Source of the DNA: Escherichia coli
Lineage (GTDB): Bacteria; Pseudomonadota; Gammaproteobacteria; Enterobacterales; Enterobacteriaceae
Assembly: GCF_003018235.1 (NCBI RefSeq)
Contig: NZ_CP027439.1
DNA length: 64,000 nt
Strand: one strand, 5' to 3'
The notes under the pieces are model-generated. The model did no database searches. It had not been told where the DNA came from and worked only from the letters and a program-made list of their open reading frames with translations. The position numbers and the translations under genes were made by a program. Shown piece after piece: positions 21,070-28,251 of this stretch. Positions within the stretch are counted from its first letter, which is position 1. Each line of letters begins with the position of its first letter.

Positions 21070-21118
21070 ACTGCCGGAGGAATTAACCGAGGGGCGTGAA
21101 AAGGCCGCTTACGCGGCC

Positions 21119-21229
21119 TCAGTTTTCTCTTGAACTCCTGAAGTCTATGTAGTCGATAAACTCAAGAATATAGTAGGCAATCACGCCTGTACCTACATAG
21201 ATAGCTCCGAATATCAGTGACTCACTCAT
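21119..21229 (-). CDS. Candidate 36-aa hydrophobic peptide
   Basis: AGGAG lies 9 nt before the ATG. The product is MSESLIFGAIYVGTGVIAYYILEFIDYIDFRSSREN. The stop is followed by the hairpin GAGGCCGCGTAAGCGGCCTTTT. The ORF is below the 60-aa cutoff of the ORF track. Confidence 0.4.
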   Translation of the reverse strand: MSESLIFGAIYVGTGVIAYYILEFIDYIDFRSSREN

Positions 21230-21266
21230 TGAAGTGTACTCCTGAATAACACTCTATTGCACATAG

Positions 21267-21491
21267 CCGCAAGCCAGATCCCTCGCATCCAGTATAACCG
21301 GACTTACTCCACTGCAGTTTCAGAAACAACTACGTCTACAGGAAGCCAGACGATTGATGTTACGAGGTTCAGATGCCAGTATTGCCGGGTACAACGTTGG
21401 ATATGAAAGCACAAGTCAGTTCTCCCGGGAATATAGACGTTACTTCGGCTATCCCCCCAAAAAGGACATTGCACGATTACGCGAAACATAA
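21267..21491 (+). pseudogene. 3' remnant of an AraC/XylS-family regulator gene (last ~74 codons)
   Basis: The translation [56 protein letters not shown] is the second HTH of AraC-type regulators. There is no start codon or N-terminal domain. Confidence 0.65.
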
Positions 21492-21527
21492 ACATCTTTG
21501 ACATTCGCGACGTCCGACCAGCCGAAC

Positions 21528-21551
21528 AGGATAGAACACCCTGAACATCTC
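21528..21551 (+). repeat. Array site R7 (terminal, right arm degenerate)
   Basis: AGGATAGAA CACCCT GAACATCTC. Confidence 0.5.
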
Positions 21552-21653
21552 GGCTGACTGTGCTTTCATTTTTAGTCGGTTAAGCAGACGCTTTTCTGTA
21601 ATTTCTTTCAGTTCAATGTAGCTGATACTTAACTTTTTGAAATAACTAATATT

Positions 21654-21941
21654 TCACCTCATTCGTTCGCTGGCAAGATTATAAACATCACTACGTTCAC
21701 GTTTCCCTACAGCAACAACAGCGATAACTAATTGATCATCAATCACCTGATAAACCAGGCGGAAGCCAGACGCACGAAGTTTAATTTTGTAGCAATCCTT
21801 TATCCCACGCAGTTTTGCTGATGGGATATGTGGATTTTCACTGCACTTCTTTAGCTTTTTAGCAAACTGCTGCTGAATTGCCTTATCCAGTTTTTGCCAT
21901 TCTTTCAGTGCATCTTCCCTGAATCTGACTGTGTAAGTCAT
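21654..21941 (-). CDS. stbE: RelE/StbE-family mRNA interferase toxin
   Basis: 95 aa. ALKEWQKL...LRG.KDCYKIKLR.SG.RLVYQVID...VGKRERS.VY matches RelE closely. It overlaps the upstream antitoxin gene by 4 nt. Confidence 0.9.
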   Translation of the reverse strand: MTYTVRFREDALKEWQKLDKAIQQQFAKKLKKCSENPHIPSAKLRGIKDCYKIKLRASGFRLVYQVIDDQLVIAVVAVGKRERSDVYNLASERMR

Positions 21942-22189
21942 AGGTAGCTATCCAGATCTACATCGTGCAGCTTCTGGTTGCTGCGTTCGGCGACCAGATT
22001 AACCAGTTCCTGATCGTCTAGGGCATCGAGCATCTTTTCATACAGTTCTGCGGGGACACAGTAAAAGGCGGGCTGGTTACGGTTCAGAATCGCGACTGGG
22101 TAACCATCACCGGCACTGACTGTCGCCATCGGGTTTTTTTTCAGTTCGCTGACACTGGCGCTAGTGTCACTCAGAATAATGTGGGGCAT
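21938..22189 (-). CDS. stbD: Phd/YefM/StbD-family antitoxin
   Basis: 83 aa with a Phd-type N-terminus (SVSELKKNPMATV). It is translationally coupled to the toxin gene. Confidence 0.85.
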   Translation of the reverse strand: MPHIILSDTSASVSELKKNPMATVSAGDGYPVAILNRNQPAFYCVPAELYEKMLDALDDQELVNLVAERSNQKLHDVDLDSYL

Positions 22190-22271
22190 AGGGCACCTTT
22201 AGAGACTATTTAACAGGTCTTTATAGTGTTCTAAAAAAGACCTCTTAACAAGTCTTTTTGTCATTTTACTC

Positions 22272-22316
22272 AATGTGCCGTAAAGCCCCGCCCTTCAGGG
22301 CGAGGAGGATGTCAAA
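22272..22316 (+). repeat. 45-bp hairpin-containing repeat, copy E1
   Basis: AATGTGCCGTAAAGCCCCGCCCTTCAGGGCGAGGAGGATGTCAAA. The second copy is at 26028-26072. Confidence 0.7.
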
Positions 22317-22412
22317 TAATAGGACCCCGAAAGGATTAGTAATGTGGCGTCTTTGCTACACAGGTGCTTTTGTAATATGTTGTATAGCGTACTCACTACA
22401 CAGGAGATGTGT

Positions 22413-22952
22413 ATGGCATTGTCACAGATCAGCGTTCGTATTGATGATGAACTCAAACAACGCACGGATGAAAAAATGAAACTGCTGAGAACCAACCCCA
22501 CGCAGGCCATTACGTTGCTCTATCAGTATATTGCTGAAAATGGGAAACTTCCCTTTACTGTCAGCACCCAACTCTTCACTTCAGAGGATTACACCCAAAA
22601 ATTAATCACCACAGTCAGATCTATTTATGAATACTGGCGCGCGCTTTCTGAGACATCAGCAACAACCAGAACGAAAAGTGGAATGGCCTATTCAATGGCA
22701 ATGGCAGCACATGTTTCGAAGCTGCACAGCGATCTGATACACAACTGCGGCACCTTGAGTGGTGAAGAAGTTGCCTCATTAATGATTGTTATGGAGGACA
22801 TTCTTTCTACGCCGCCATCTTTTTATCGCGGAGAAGCGCCCGATCAGGTGTTTCAGGATAAATTAAACGCTGCTGACCAAACTATTCTGATGATTGAAAA
22901 ATGTCATGGTATGAATGTTCAACGCGGGGAAAATTTTTACGCTCTCAGATGA
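22413..22952 (+). CDS. RelB/DinJ-like ribbon-helix-helix protein with a ~120-aa C-terminal extension
   Basis: The N-terminus MALSQISVRIDDELKQRTDEKMKLLRTNPTQAITLLYQYIAENGKLPF is DinJ/RelB-like. CAGGAG lies 6 nt before ATG 22413. There is no adjacent toxin ORF. Confidence 0.6.
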   Translation: MALSQISVRIDDELKQRTDEKMKLLRTNPTQAITLLYQYIAENGKLPFTVSTQLFTSEDYTQKLITTVRSIYEYWRALSETSATTRTKSGMAYSMAMAAHVSKLHSDLIHNCGTLSGEEVASLMIVMEDILSTPPSFYRGEAPDQVFQDKLNAADQTILMIEKCHGMNVQRGENFYALR

Positions 22953-23085
22953 ATGCACTGAATATGCAACAGCCCGTAAGGGTTTTTTTTGTGTACGCAG
23001 GACAGTTAATCCTAGTGTCCAGTGTGGAGCGGAAGTTACGTAACATTTGACGTAAGTATTTTTGGGATACTTATGAACTGAAATA

Positions 23086-23105
23086 AGATTTCGCATGCGA
23101 AATCT
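23086..23105. promoter_or_regulatory. Candidate parS/operator palindrome P1
   Basis: AGATTTCGCATGCGAAATCT, a perfect 20-bp palindrome. Confidence 0.6.
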
Positions 23106-23304
23106 ATTGCGTATCATTATTGATACTCTATGATTTCTCTGTATACTGTTCATATTGTCATGAACGTATGGCAACAAACGCAGTAGTAGATAGCTGCTTC
23201 TGCATCTTGGCGCAACGCCTGACTCACAGGAGTGTGTATGAAATACCGCAATGAATTCATATCATTACAGCAATACTTTTTCAATCCGCGCCGCCCCCTC
23301 TCAA

Positions 23305-23324
23305 ACATTTCGCATGCGAAATCT
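23305..23324. promoter_or_regulatory. Candidate parS/operator palindrome P2
   Basis: ACATTTCGCATGCGAAATCT (16-bp perfect core), 14 bp upstream of the parA start. Confidence 0.6.
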
Positions 23325-23337
23325 TAAGGACTGTTAC

Positions 23338-24204
23338 ATGACACTGAAAATTGGACCTATCGGAAAATTAATCGTTATATGTAGCCAGAAGGGCGGAATC
23401 GTAAAATCGCAGTCATCCAGCGAAATAGCATATGATCTTCGAGAATCAGGTTTTCGTGTGCTTGAAATTGATATGGACTGGACTACTGGTCTGACAGAGA
23501 GAGCTTTCCCCGATAGCTTACCCTATGAGATAGAGCGCGAACCTTTAAGTAACAGTTTTACACCCGGCGAAGCGAATACATATCAGCTTTTCTTCCCGGA
23601 CACTGAAGTTCGACCGATTGAGCTTCCTGGCGGGCGTTTTTTTATTGGCGCTACCAGTGAGCTTAATGAAATTAACTACCGCAACAGCGACTGTATGTTC
23701 GACTTCAGAGACCGTATTGAAGAACTGAAGAAACAGTTTGATTTTATTATTGCTGATTCAGCGCCATCATATTCAAACGTTATGATCGCCGCACATATGT
23801 CAGCTGACTATCTTCTGATCCCTACTCTGTTGGAGAAGCAGGCCCGAAATGCAGTTGGTAAACAGCTTACTTACATGCAAAAAATAAAACGGAACTATAA
23901 TCCATCGTTGCAGTTTATGGGCACTTATGTGACCCAAACACCGGTAAAAAATTATAAAAAGCCGCTTAAAGAAGGGTATTTGGGACCTATTGATACACTG
24001 AATCTGAATCTACTCATTGAGATCCTTCAGGGAAAAGGATATTCCGAAGAGTACATTCTTGCCTATATATCATTTGTACCTGCTGCTGCCAAAGAAGCGA
24101 TAGAACTTGGCCTCTCATTTGATGAATATGATCCTAAGTGTCTTCCTGCAATTCAGTATAAAGAGCTTACCCAGAAAATTATTCAGATCGCAGGAGATAA
24201 ATAA
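23338..24204 (+). CDS. parA: ParA/SopA-type partition ATPase
   Basis: Deviant Walker A motif SQKGGIVKSQSS and Walker B motif FIIADSAP. AAGGA lies upstream of ATG 23338. The longer ORF from 23251 would read through palindrome P2. Confidence 0.85.
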   Translation: MTLKIGPIGKLIVICSQKGGIVKSQSSSEIAYDLRESGFRVLEIDMDWTTGLTERAFPDSLPYEIEREPLSNSFTPGEANTYQLFFPDTEVRPIELPGGRFFIGATSELNEINYRNSDCMFDFRDRIEELKKQFDFIIADSAPSYSNVMIAAHMSADYLLIPTLLEKQARNAVGKQLTYMQKIKRNYNPSLQFMGTYVTQTPVKNYKKPLKEGYLGPIDTLNLNLLIEILQGKGYSEEYILAYISFVPAAAKEAIELGLSFDEYDPKCLPAIQYKELTQKIIQIAGDK

Positions 24205-25235
24205 TGGCCAAGAAACCGTTTATGAAACGACTCAAGGCGCAGCAGGAAATGAAAAAAAACTCTGCTGTTGTCTCTGATATTGAACAAGTCATTGCAAATA
24301 AACAGCCAGATGAGAAGAGCCATGACGTATCTGCGCACCAGATTTTGACAGATATTTCCCGCCCGGTTCTTGAACCTGATGGACAGATAATCCGCGTCGA
24401 TATAAACCTGGTTTATGCTGAGGAACAAGTACGACCTGAAGAAGATTTCGATGAAGAGGTTATCGATGGTATGGCAGATACTTTCGAAACCATAGGGATG
24501 CTTACCCCGCCTCGTTGTTATCCCCGCGACAGACGTGGATACCAGATATGGTTAGGAGAAACACGAGTTCGTACTGCACGTAAACGTGGTGATACCCATA
24601 TTGATATTTATGTCGGTAAACCACCACGAGAAAGAAAAGAACGAATCATTGGTCAGCTCATTGAAAACCTTCAGCAATCGGGTTTAAAACCATTAGCGAC
24701 TGCAAGATCGTTCTATGAACTTAAGCATCACTTCAATATGACGGGTGAACAGATCGCAAAAACGATGGGTAAACCAACCTCATTTGTCAGTAAACATCTT
24801 CGTCTCATTGATGCTCCAGAGAATGTTACCGCCCTTCTCCGGGATAAAGTGACATCCGATATTGATTTGGCTTACACACTAATACAGGTAAATGAAAGGG
24901 CTCCTGAAGAAGCCGAGAAGCTTATTGCAGCTGCGCGGGAATCTGGTATTTCACGCGCGCAAGTTAAAGCTGTTCTTGATGAGGTTAAGAACAAAAGCAA
25001 CCGTGAGATTTCGCATGCGAAATCTAAAGCTCAGAATAAAAGGCCATCCAAGTCTCTTAATAACAATTCAGATGTAAAAAGCTGGCAGGTAGTTGTCGAG
25101 ATTGACGGTCAGCAGGGAGTAATAATGACCGACCGTGCGCCAGAGGAAGATGGCTATGTGTGGGTTAAATTAGATATTGGTGAAATATCCGTCGAGGCTT
25201 CAGAGGTTCGTGTCAAGGGAATGCGGTCTTTGTGA
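24204..25235 (+). CDS. parB: ParB-family partition/centromere-binding protein
   Basis: It is coupled to parA (TAATG). It carries a ParB N-terminal-type box (IWLGETRVRTARKRG) followed by an HTH-like region (GEQIAKTMGKPTSFVSKHLRL). Confidence 0.8.
   Translation: MAKKPFMKRLKAQQEMKKNSAVVSDIEQVIANKQPDEKSHDVSAHQILTDISRPVLEPDGQIIRVDINLVYAEEQVRPEEDFDEEVIDGMADTFETIGMLTPPRCYPRDRRGYQIWLGETRVRTARKRGDTHIDIYVGKPPRERKERIIGQLIENLQQSGLKPLATARSFYELKHHFNMTGEQIAKTMGKPTSFVSKHLRLIDAPENVTALLRDKVTSDIDLAYTLIQVNERAPEEAEKLIAAARESGISRAQVKAVLDEVKNKSNREISHAKSKAQNKRPSKSLNNNSDVKSWQVVVEIDGQQGVIMTDRAPEEDGYVWVKLDIGEISVEASEVRVKGMRSL
25006..25025. promoter_or_regulatory. Candidate parS palindrome P3, inside the parB coding sequence
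   Basis: AGATTTCGCATGCGAAATCT, encoding EISHAKS. Confidence 0.6.
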
Positions 25236-25672
25236 TGAAATCAACCCCATTCACTGAAATGGCCACTGCATTCCGTGGCCAAATTGTCCGTCTCTGGGCG
25301 CTTCGATATCCCGGAACTCAATCCGAAGCAGCTGCTGCATTAACAGAAGCTGCTATCAATCTTGGATACGTTACAAGAAGTAGACCTGTGCCTGGAGCAG
25401 CCTTATTATCATGGTTATCGAATCCCGCTGAAACGCCTCTGTGGGCGGCTCAGACCGCATTAACGATGATGCTCAAGATTGGCTGGAAGCCAGAGAGTAA
25501 TCAAGAATGGTGTGGGATGTCGGCACTGATATTCAGAGCTAATCGTAAACTTTCACTTGAACTGTTAGTTGCATCCTTGCCTGATAGTATAGACAGGCAA
25601 ACTGCTACAGGATGGTTTGTGGCTGCAATAGAAGAAGATGCCCACTACCGTTATAACAGGAAATTCAGATGA
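25232..25672 (+). CDS. Hypothetical protein (146 aa), translationally coupled to parB
   Basis: GTGATG overlap with the parB stop. No motif was recognised. Confidence 0.55.
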   Translation: MMKSTPFTEMATAFRGQIVRLWALRYPGTQSEAAAALTEAAINLGYVTRSRPVPGAALLSWLSNPAETPLWAAQTALTMMLKIGWKPESNQEWCGMSALIFRANRKLSLELLVASLPDSIDRQTATGWFVAAIEEDAHYRYNRKFR

Positions 25673-25992
25673 CCTTTCAGGAGCTTGATGCTTGTATTGC
25701 TGGCTCTGGTAGGCGTTCTATCGCTTCAGCGTTAATCGCTTTTATTCTCGATGCGTTTGATGATGGACAGGACGGAGTTGATCTTGATTCTTTCCAGAGC
25801 CAGATGCGCTTCGTTCGCAACAATGTAACAACCGTAGCCAACTATCTGCAGCGACAGGGGGTTCTCCATATACTGTATTACCGTGATGGTGCCGCAGAAC
25901 GTCAGTATGAGACCGTTAATAATTATGGACGATGGGCAAAACAGCACTATCGTCCTTCTCAGGCACTTATTCAGTTGCACCGCCGTAATTAA
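25669..25992 (+). CDS. Hypothetical protein (107 aa)
   Basis: ATGA overlap with the previous ORF. No motif was recognised. Confidence 0.55.
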   Translation: MTFQELDACIAGSGRRSIASALIAFILDAFDDGQDGVDLDSFQSQMRFVRNNVTTVANYLQRQGVLHILYYRDGAAERQYETVNNYGRWAKQHYRPSQALIQLHRRN

Positions 25993-25993
25993 A

Positions 25994-26021
25994 GCAAAGA
26001 TTTCGCATGCGAAATCTTTGC
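25994..26021. promoter_or_regulatory. Candidate parS palindrome P4 (extended 28-bp perfect palindrome)
   Basis: GCAAAGATTTCGCATGCGAAATCTTTGC, immediately after the operon. Confidence 0.6.
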
Positions 26022-26027
26022 TTACCT

Positions 26028-26072
26028 AATGTGCCATAAAGCCCCGTCCTTCTGGACGGGGAGGATGTCAAA
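26028..26072 (+). repeat. 45-bp hairpin-containing repeat, copy E2
   Basis: AATGTGCCATAAAGCCCCGTCCTTCTGGACGGGGAGGATGTCAAA. Confidence 0.7.
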
Positions 26073-26074
26073 GG

Positions 26075-27349
26075 TCATCGTATCATTGCCACCGGGAGGT
26101 CAGTCCAGCGTGTCGTATATGCTGGTGACAACATTTCGCGCTTCATTTGCCACTCAGGAGCTATGCCTCGCCCCGCAAACCACACTTTCCCAAGTCCAGA
26201 ATGGTTAATACCGTCCACGACTTTCATCAATTGATTACTGTTGCTTCGGGGCAGAGTATCATCAAACAGATTCAACTGTGAAACTCCGGTCGGCGTAAAA
26301 TCGTTCAGCATGCAGCCTGCCCTTACATAGCGGTGGCCATTCACCCAGATCCTGTCCAGGGCTTTGACGGCAGCGGCAATGATGTCCGGTGTATCCTGCG
26401 TGGGGATGAGCAGCTTTTCACTGGCCAGATTACCGTAGTAGGGCTCATTTACGGCAAACGGCGATGTTTTCACAAATACGACAATATGCCTGCAGAACTG
26501 CCGTTCGCCGCGCAGCTTTTCCGCAGCACGCTCAGCGTACTGACAGACTGCCTGACGCAGGGCTTCATACGTTGTGATACGCTCCCCAAAAGACCTGCTG
26601 CAGACAATCTGCTGTTTCGGCGGGGGAGCTTCTTCAAGCGAAATACAGCTTTCTCCGTTGAGTTCCCGGACCGTTCTCTCCAGTACAACGTTGAAATTCT
26701 TCCGGATAAATACGGGGTTCGCGCGCGCCAGCTGCAGTGCAGTGGTGATGCCCATTGTGCTTAGTTTCCTGGATATCCTGCTGCCAACTCCCCAGATTTC
26801 TTCCACCGGCTGCAGTGAAAGCAGTTTCTCCGTTCGTTTCGGATTGTGTGATGTCAGGGCAAGCACACCACCGAATTGTGGCCATTCCTTGGACGCCCAT
26901 TGCGCGCTTTTAGCCAGCGTTTTGGTTGGCCCCATCCCGACACCTATTGTCAGCCCCGTTCCTGAGCGCACGTGTTCGCGTAGCTGCCGCCCAAAGTCCT
27001 CATAGTCGATGCAGTTGTCTATACCACGGATATCGAGAAACATCTCATCGATGCTGTACTGTTCCACACGTGGCGCCAGCTCTTCTAGGTGAGTCATCAC
27101 CCTGTTAGACATGGACGCGTACAGCTCGTAATTGCTTGAGAACACGATGATCTGCTCAGAGAATTCCGCCTTCTTCAGTTGAAACCACGGCACTCCCATT
27201 TTGATACCCAGCAACTTCGCTTCTTTTGAACGGGCGATAACGCAACCATCATTGTTACTGAGTACCACAACCGGCTTGTTTCGCAAATCAGGTCGAAATA
27301 CTTTCTCGCAGCTGGCATAAAATGAATTCACATCAGCGAGCGCAAACAT
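26075..27349 (-). CDS. umuC: Y-family translesion DNA polymerase subunit (UmuC/MucB/ImpB type)
   Basis: 424 aa. [22 protein letters not shown]...[14 protein letters not shown] and the full length are collinear with UmuC. Confidence 0.95.
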   Translation of the reverse strand: MFALADVNSFYASCEKVFRPDLRNKPVVVLSNNDGCVIARSKEAKLLGIKMGVPWFQLKKAEFSEQIIVFSSNYELYASMSNRVMTHLEELAPRVEQYSIDEMFLDIRGIDNCIDYEDFGRQLREHVRSGTGLTIGVGMGPTKTLAKSAQWASKEWPQFGGVLALTSHNPKRTEKLLSLQPVEEIWGVGSRISRKLSTMGITTALQLARANPVFIRKNFNVVLERTVRELNGESCISLEEAPPPKQQIVCSRSFGERITTYEALRQAVCQYAERAAEKLRGERQFCRHIVVFVKTSPFAVNEPYYGNLASEKLLIPTQDTPDIIAAAVKALDRIWVNGHRYVRAGCMLNDFTPTGVSQLNLFDDTLPRSNSNQLMKVVDGINHSGLGKVWFAGRGIAPEWQMKREMLSPAYTTRWTDLPVAMIR

Positions 27350-27771
27350 CAGCGTACCTCACGCGTCTTGTGTATGAATGCCGTCACTACCCCGAAAATC
27401 TGCAGATCTTCCGGATAGAGGGTGGGGTAGGCTGGATTCATCGGCAGCAGGGCAATACGGGGCTTAAGCTGCAGGCGTTTGACAGTAAACTCGCCGTCAA
27501 TTTCAGCAATAACGATGTCCCCCTGCAGTGGTTTTTCAGCTTTATCGACCACCATCAGATCACCGGAGTGCAACCCCATATTCTGCATCGAATCACCTAT
27601 GGCCCGGACAAAGAAAGTTGCAGCCGGACGTCGGATACAGTAGGCATTCAGATCCAGTTCGTCTTCGGTGTAGTCTGCGGCCGGTGACGGAAAACCTGCT
27701 GGGCAACGTTCGGTGAAAAGTGGTGCGGTAGATAGTTCTGGTTCAGGTGCCGCTGGAACAAAAAGGATCAT
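27349..27771 (-). CDS. umuD: UmuD-like LexA-family self-cleaving protein
   Basis: The [12 protein letters not shown] and GEFTVKRL motifs are present. The start at ATG 27771 (MILFVP) fits the UmuD length and sits 18 bp from the SOS box. Confidence 0.9.
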   Translation of the reverse strand: MILFVPAAPEPELSTAPLFTERCPAGFPSPAADYTEDELDLNAYCIRRPAATFFVRAIGDSMQNMGLHSGDLMVVDKAEKPLQGDIVIAEIDGEFTVKRLQLKPRIALLPMNPAYPTLYPEDLQIFGVVTAFIHKTREVR

Positions 27772-27788
27772 GGTATACTTCTTTAAAT

Positions 27789-27808
27789 ACCTGTTTATAT
27801 ATACAGTA
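27789..27808. promoter_or_regulatory. LexA (SOS) box of the umuDC operon
   Basis: ACCTGTTTATATATACAGTA, i.e. CTG-N10-CAG with an AT-rich centre. Confidence 0.8.
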
Positions 27809-27892
27809 TAATTTAAGATATTTTCCATTCCGCAAGCTGAATTTTACGCTGCCATGCCAGGTGATTGTTCTGGCGAACAAAACAGATGCGTG

Positions 27893-27901
27893 TTATCCAC
27901 A
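27893..27901 (+). promoter_or_regulatory. DnaA box at the replication origin
   Basis: TTATCCACA, a perfect consensus 9-mer. Confidence 0.6.
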
Positions 27902-28019
27902 GAACCGGTGCATAACCCTGTGAGTTGATATCCGCTCTGCTCTGAAGGACAGGGTTTTTCGGCGGATTAGGTAAAGTCTACTGTATGCGACATTTTGATT
28001 TAGTTTTTTCCACTGGCTA

Positions 28020-28073
28020 GATCCAATAAATATATCCATATAGACCCTTAGAGATCCTAGAAGATCCCCGATC
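28020..28073. promoter_or_regulatory. Dam-site (GATC) cluster of the origin
   Basis: Four GATC sites in 54 bp (28020, 28053, 28063, 28070), three of them in AGATCC contexts. The cluster is flanked by an AT-rich stretch. Confidence 0.55.
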
Positions 28074-28110
28074 GCTGCAGGCCGCTCCGTTACTGGTCTC
28101 ATAGATGATT

Positions 28111-28215
28111 AATGTCTACTGTGTGCTACATAATGTCTATTGTATGCGACATAATATCTATTGAGTGCTACAAAAGGTCTACTATGTGCTACCATAAGGT
28201 CTACTGTGAGCTACT
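28111..28215 (+). repeat. Five tandem ~21-bp iterons upstream of repA
   Basis: AATGTCTACTGTGTGCTACA / TAATGTCTATTGTATGCGACA / TAATATCTATTGAGTGCTACA / AAAGGTCTACTATGTGCTACC / ATAAGGTCTACTGTGAGCTACT. An isolated copy lies at 27974-27992. Confidence 0.85.
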
Positions 28216-28251
28216 AAGATATTTTTTGTTCACACTAAACAGGGAAATAAA

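Noticed and set aside
17615-21551. Interpretation of the repeat array as CRISPR, iterons or integron attC sites.
   Set aside because: The repeats are ~500 bp apart and the intervals are coding, which excludes CRISPR and iterons. The sites are 24 bp without the extended imperfect palindrome or the RYYYAAC/GTTRRRY cores of attC, and no IntI-type integrase is present.
26061-26212. 49-codon plus-strand ORF starting at the AGGAGGATG of repeat E2, and the analogous ORF at E1 (22258-22479 frame).
   Set aside because: The two products are unrelated beyond the first two residues, and the E2 ORF is antisense to umuC. The SD-ATG-like string is more likely part of the repeat structure.
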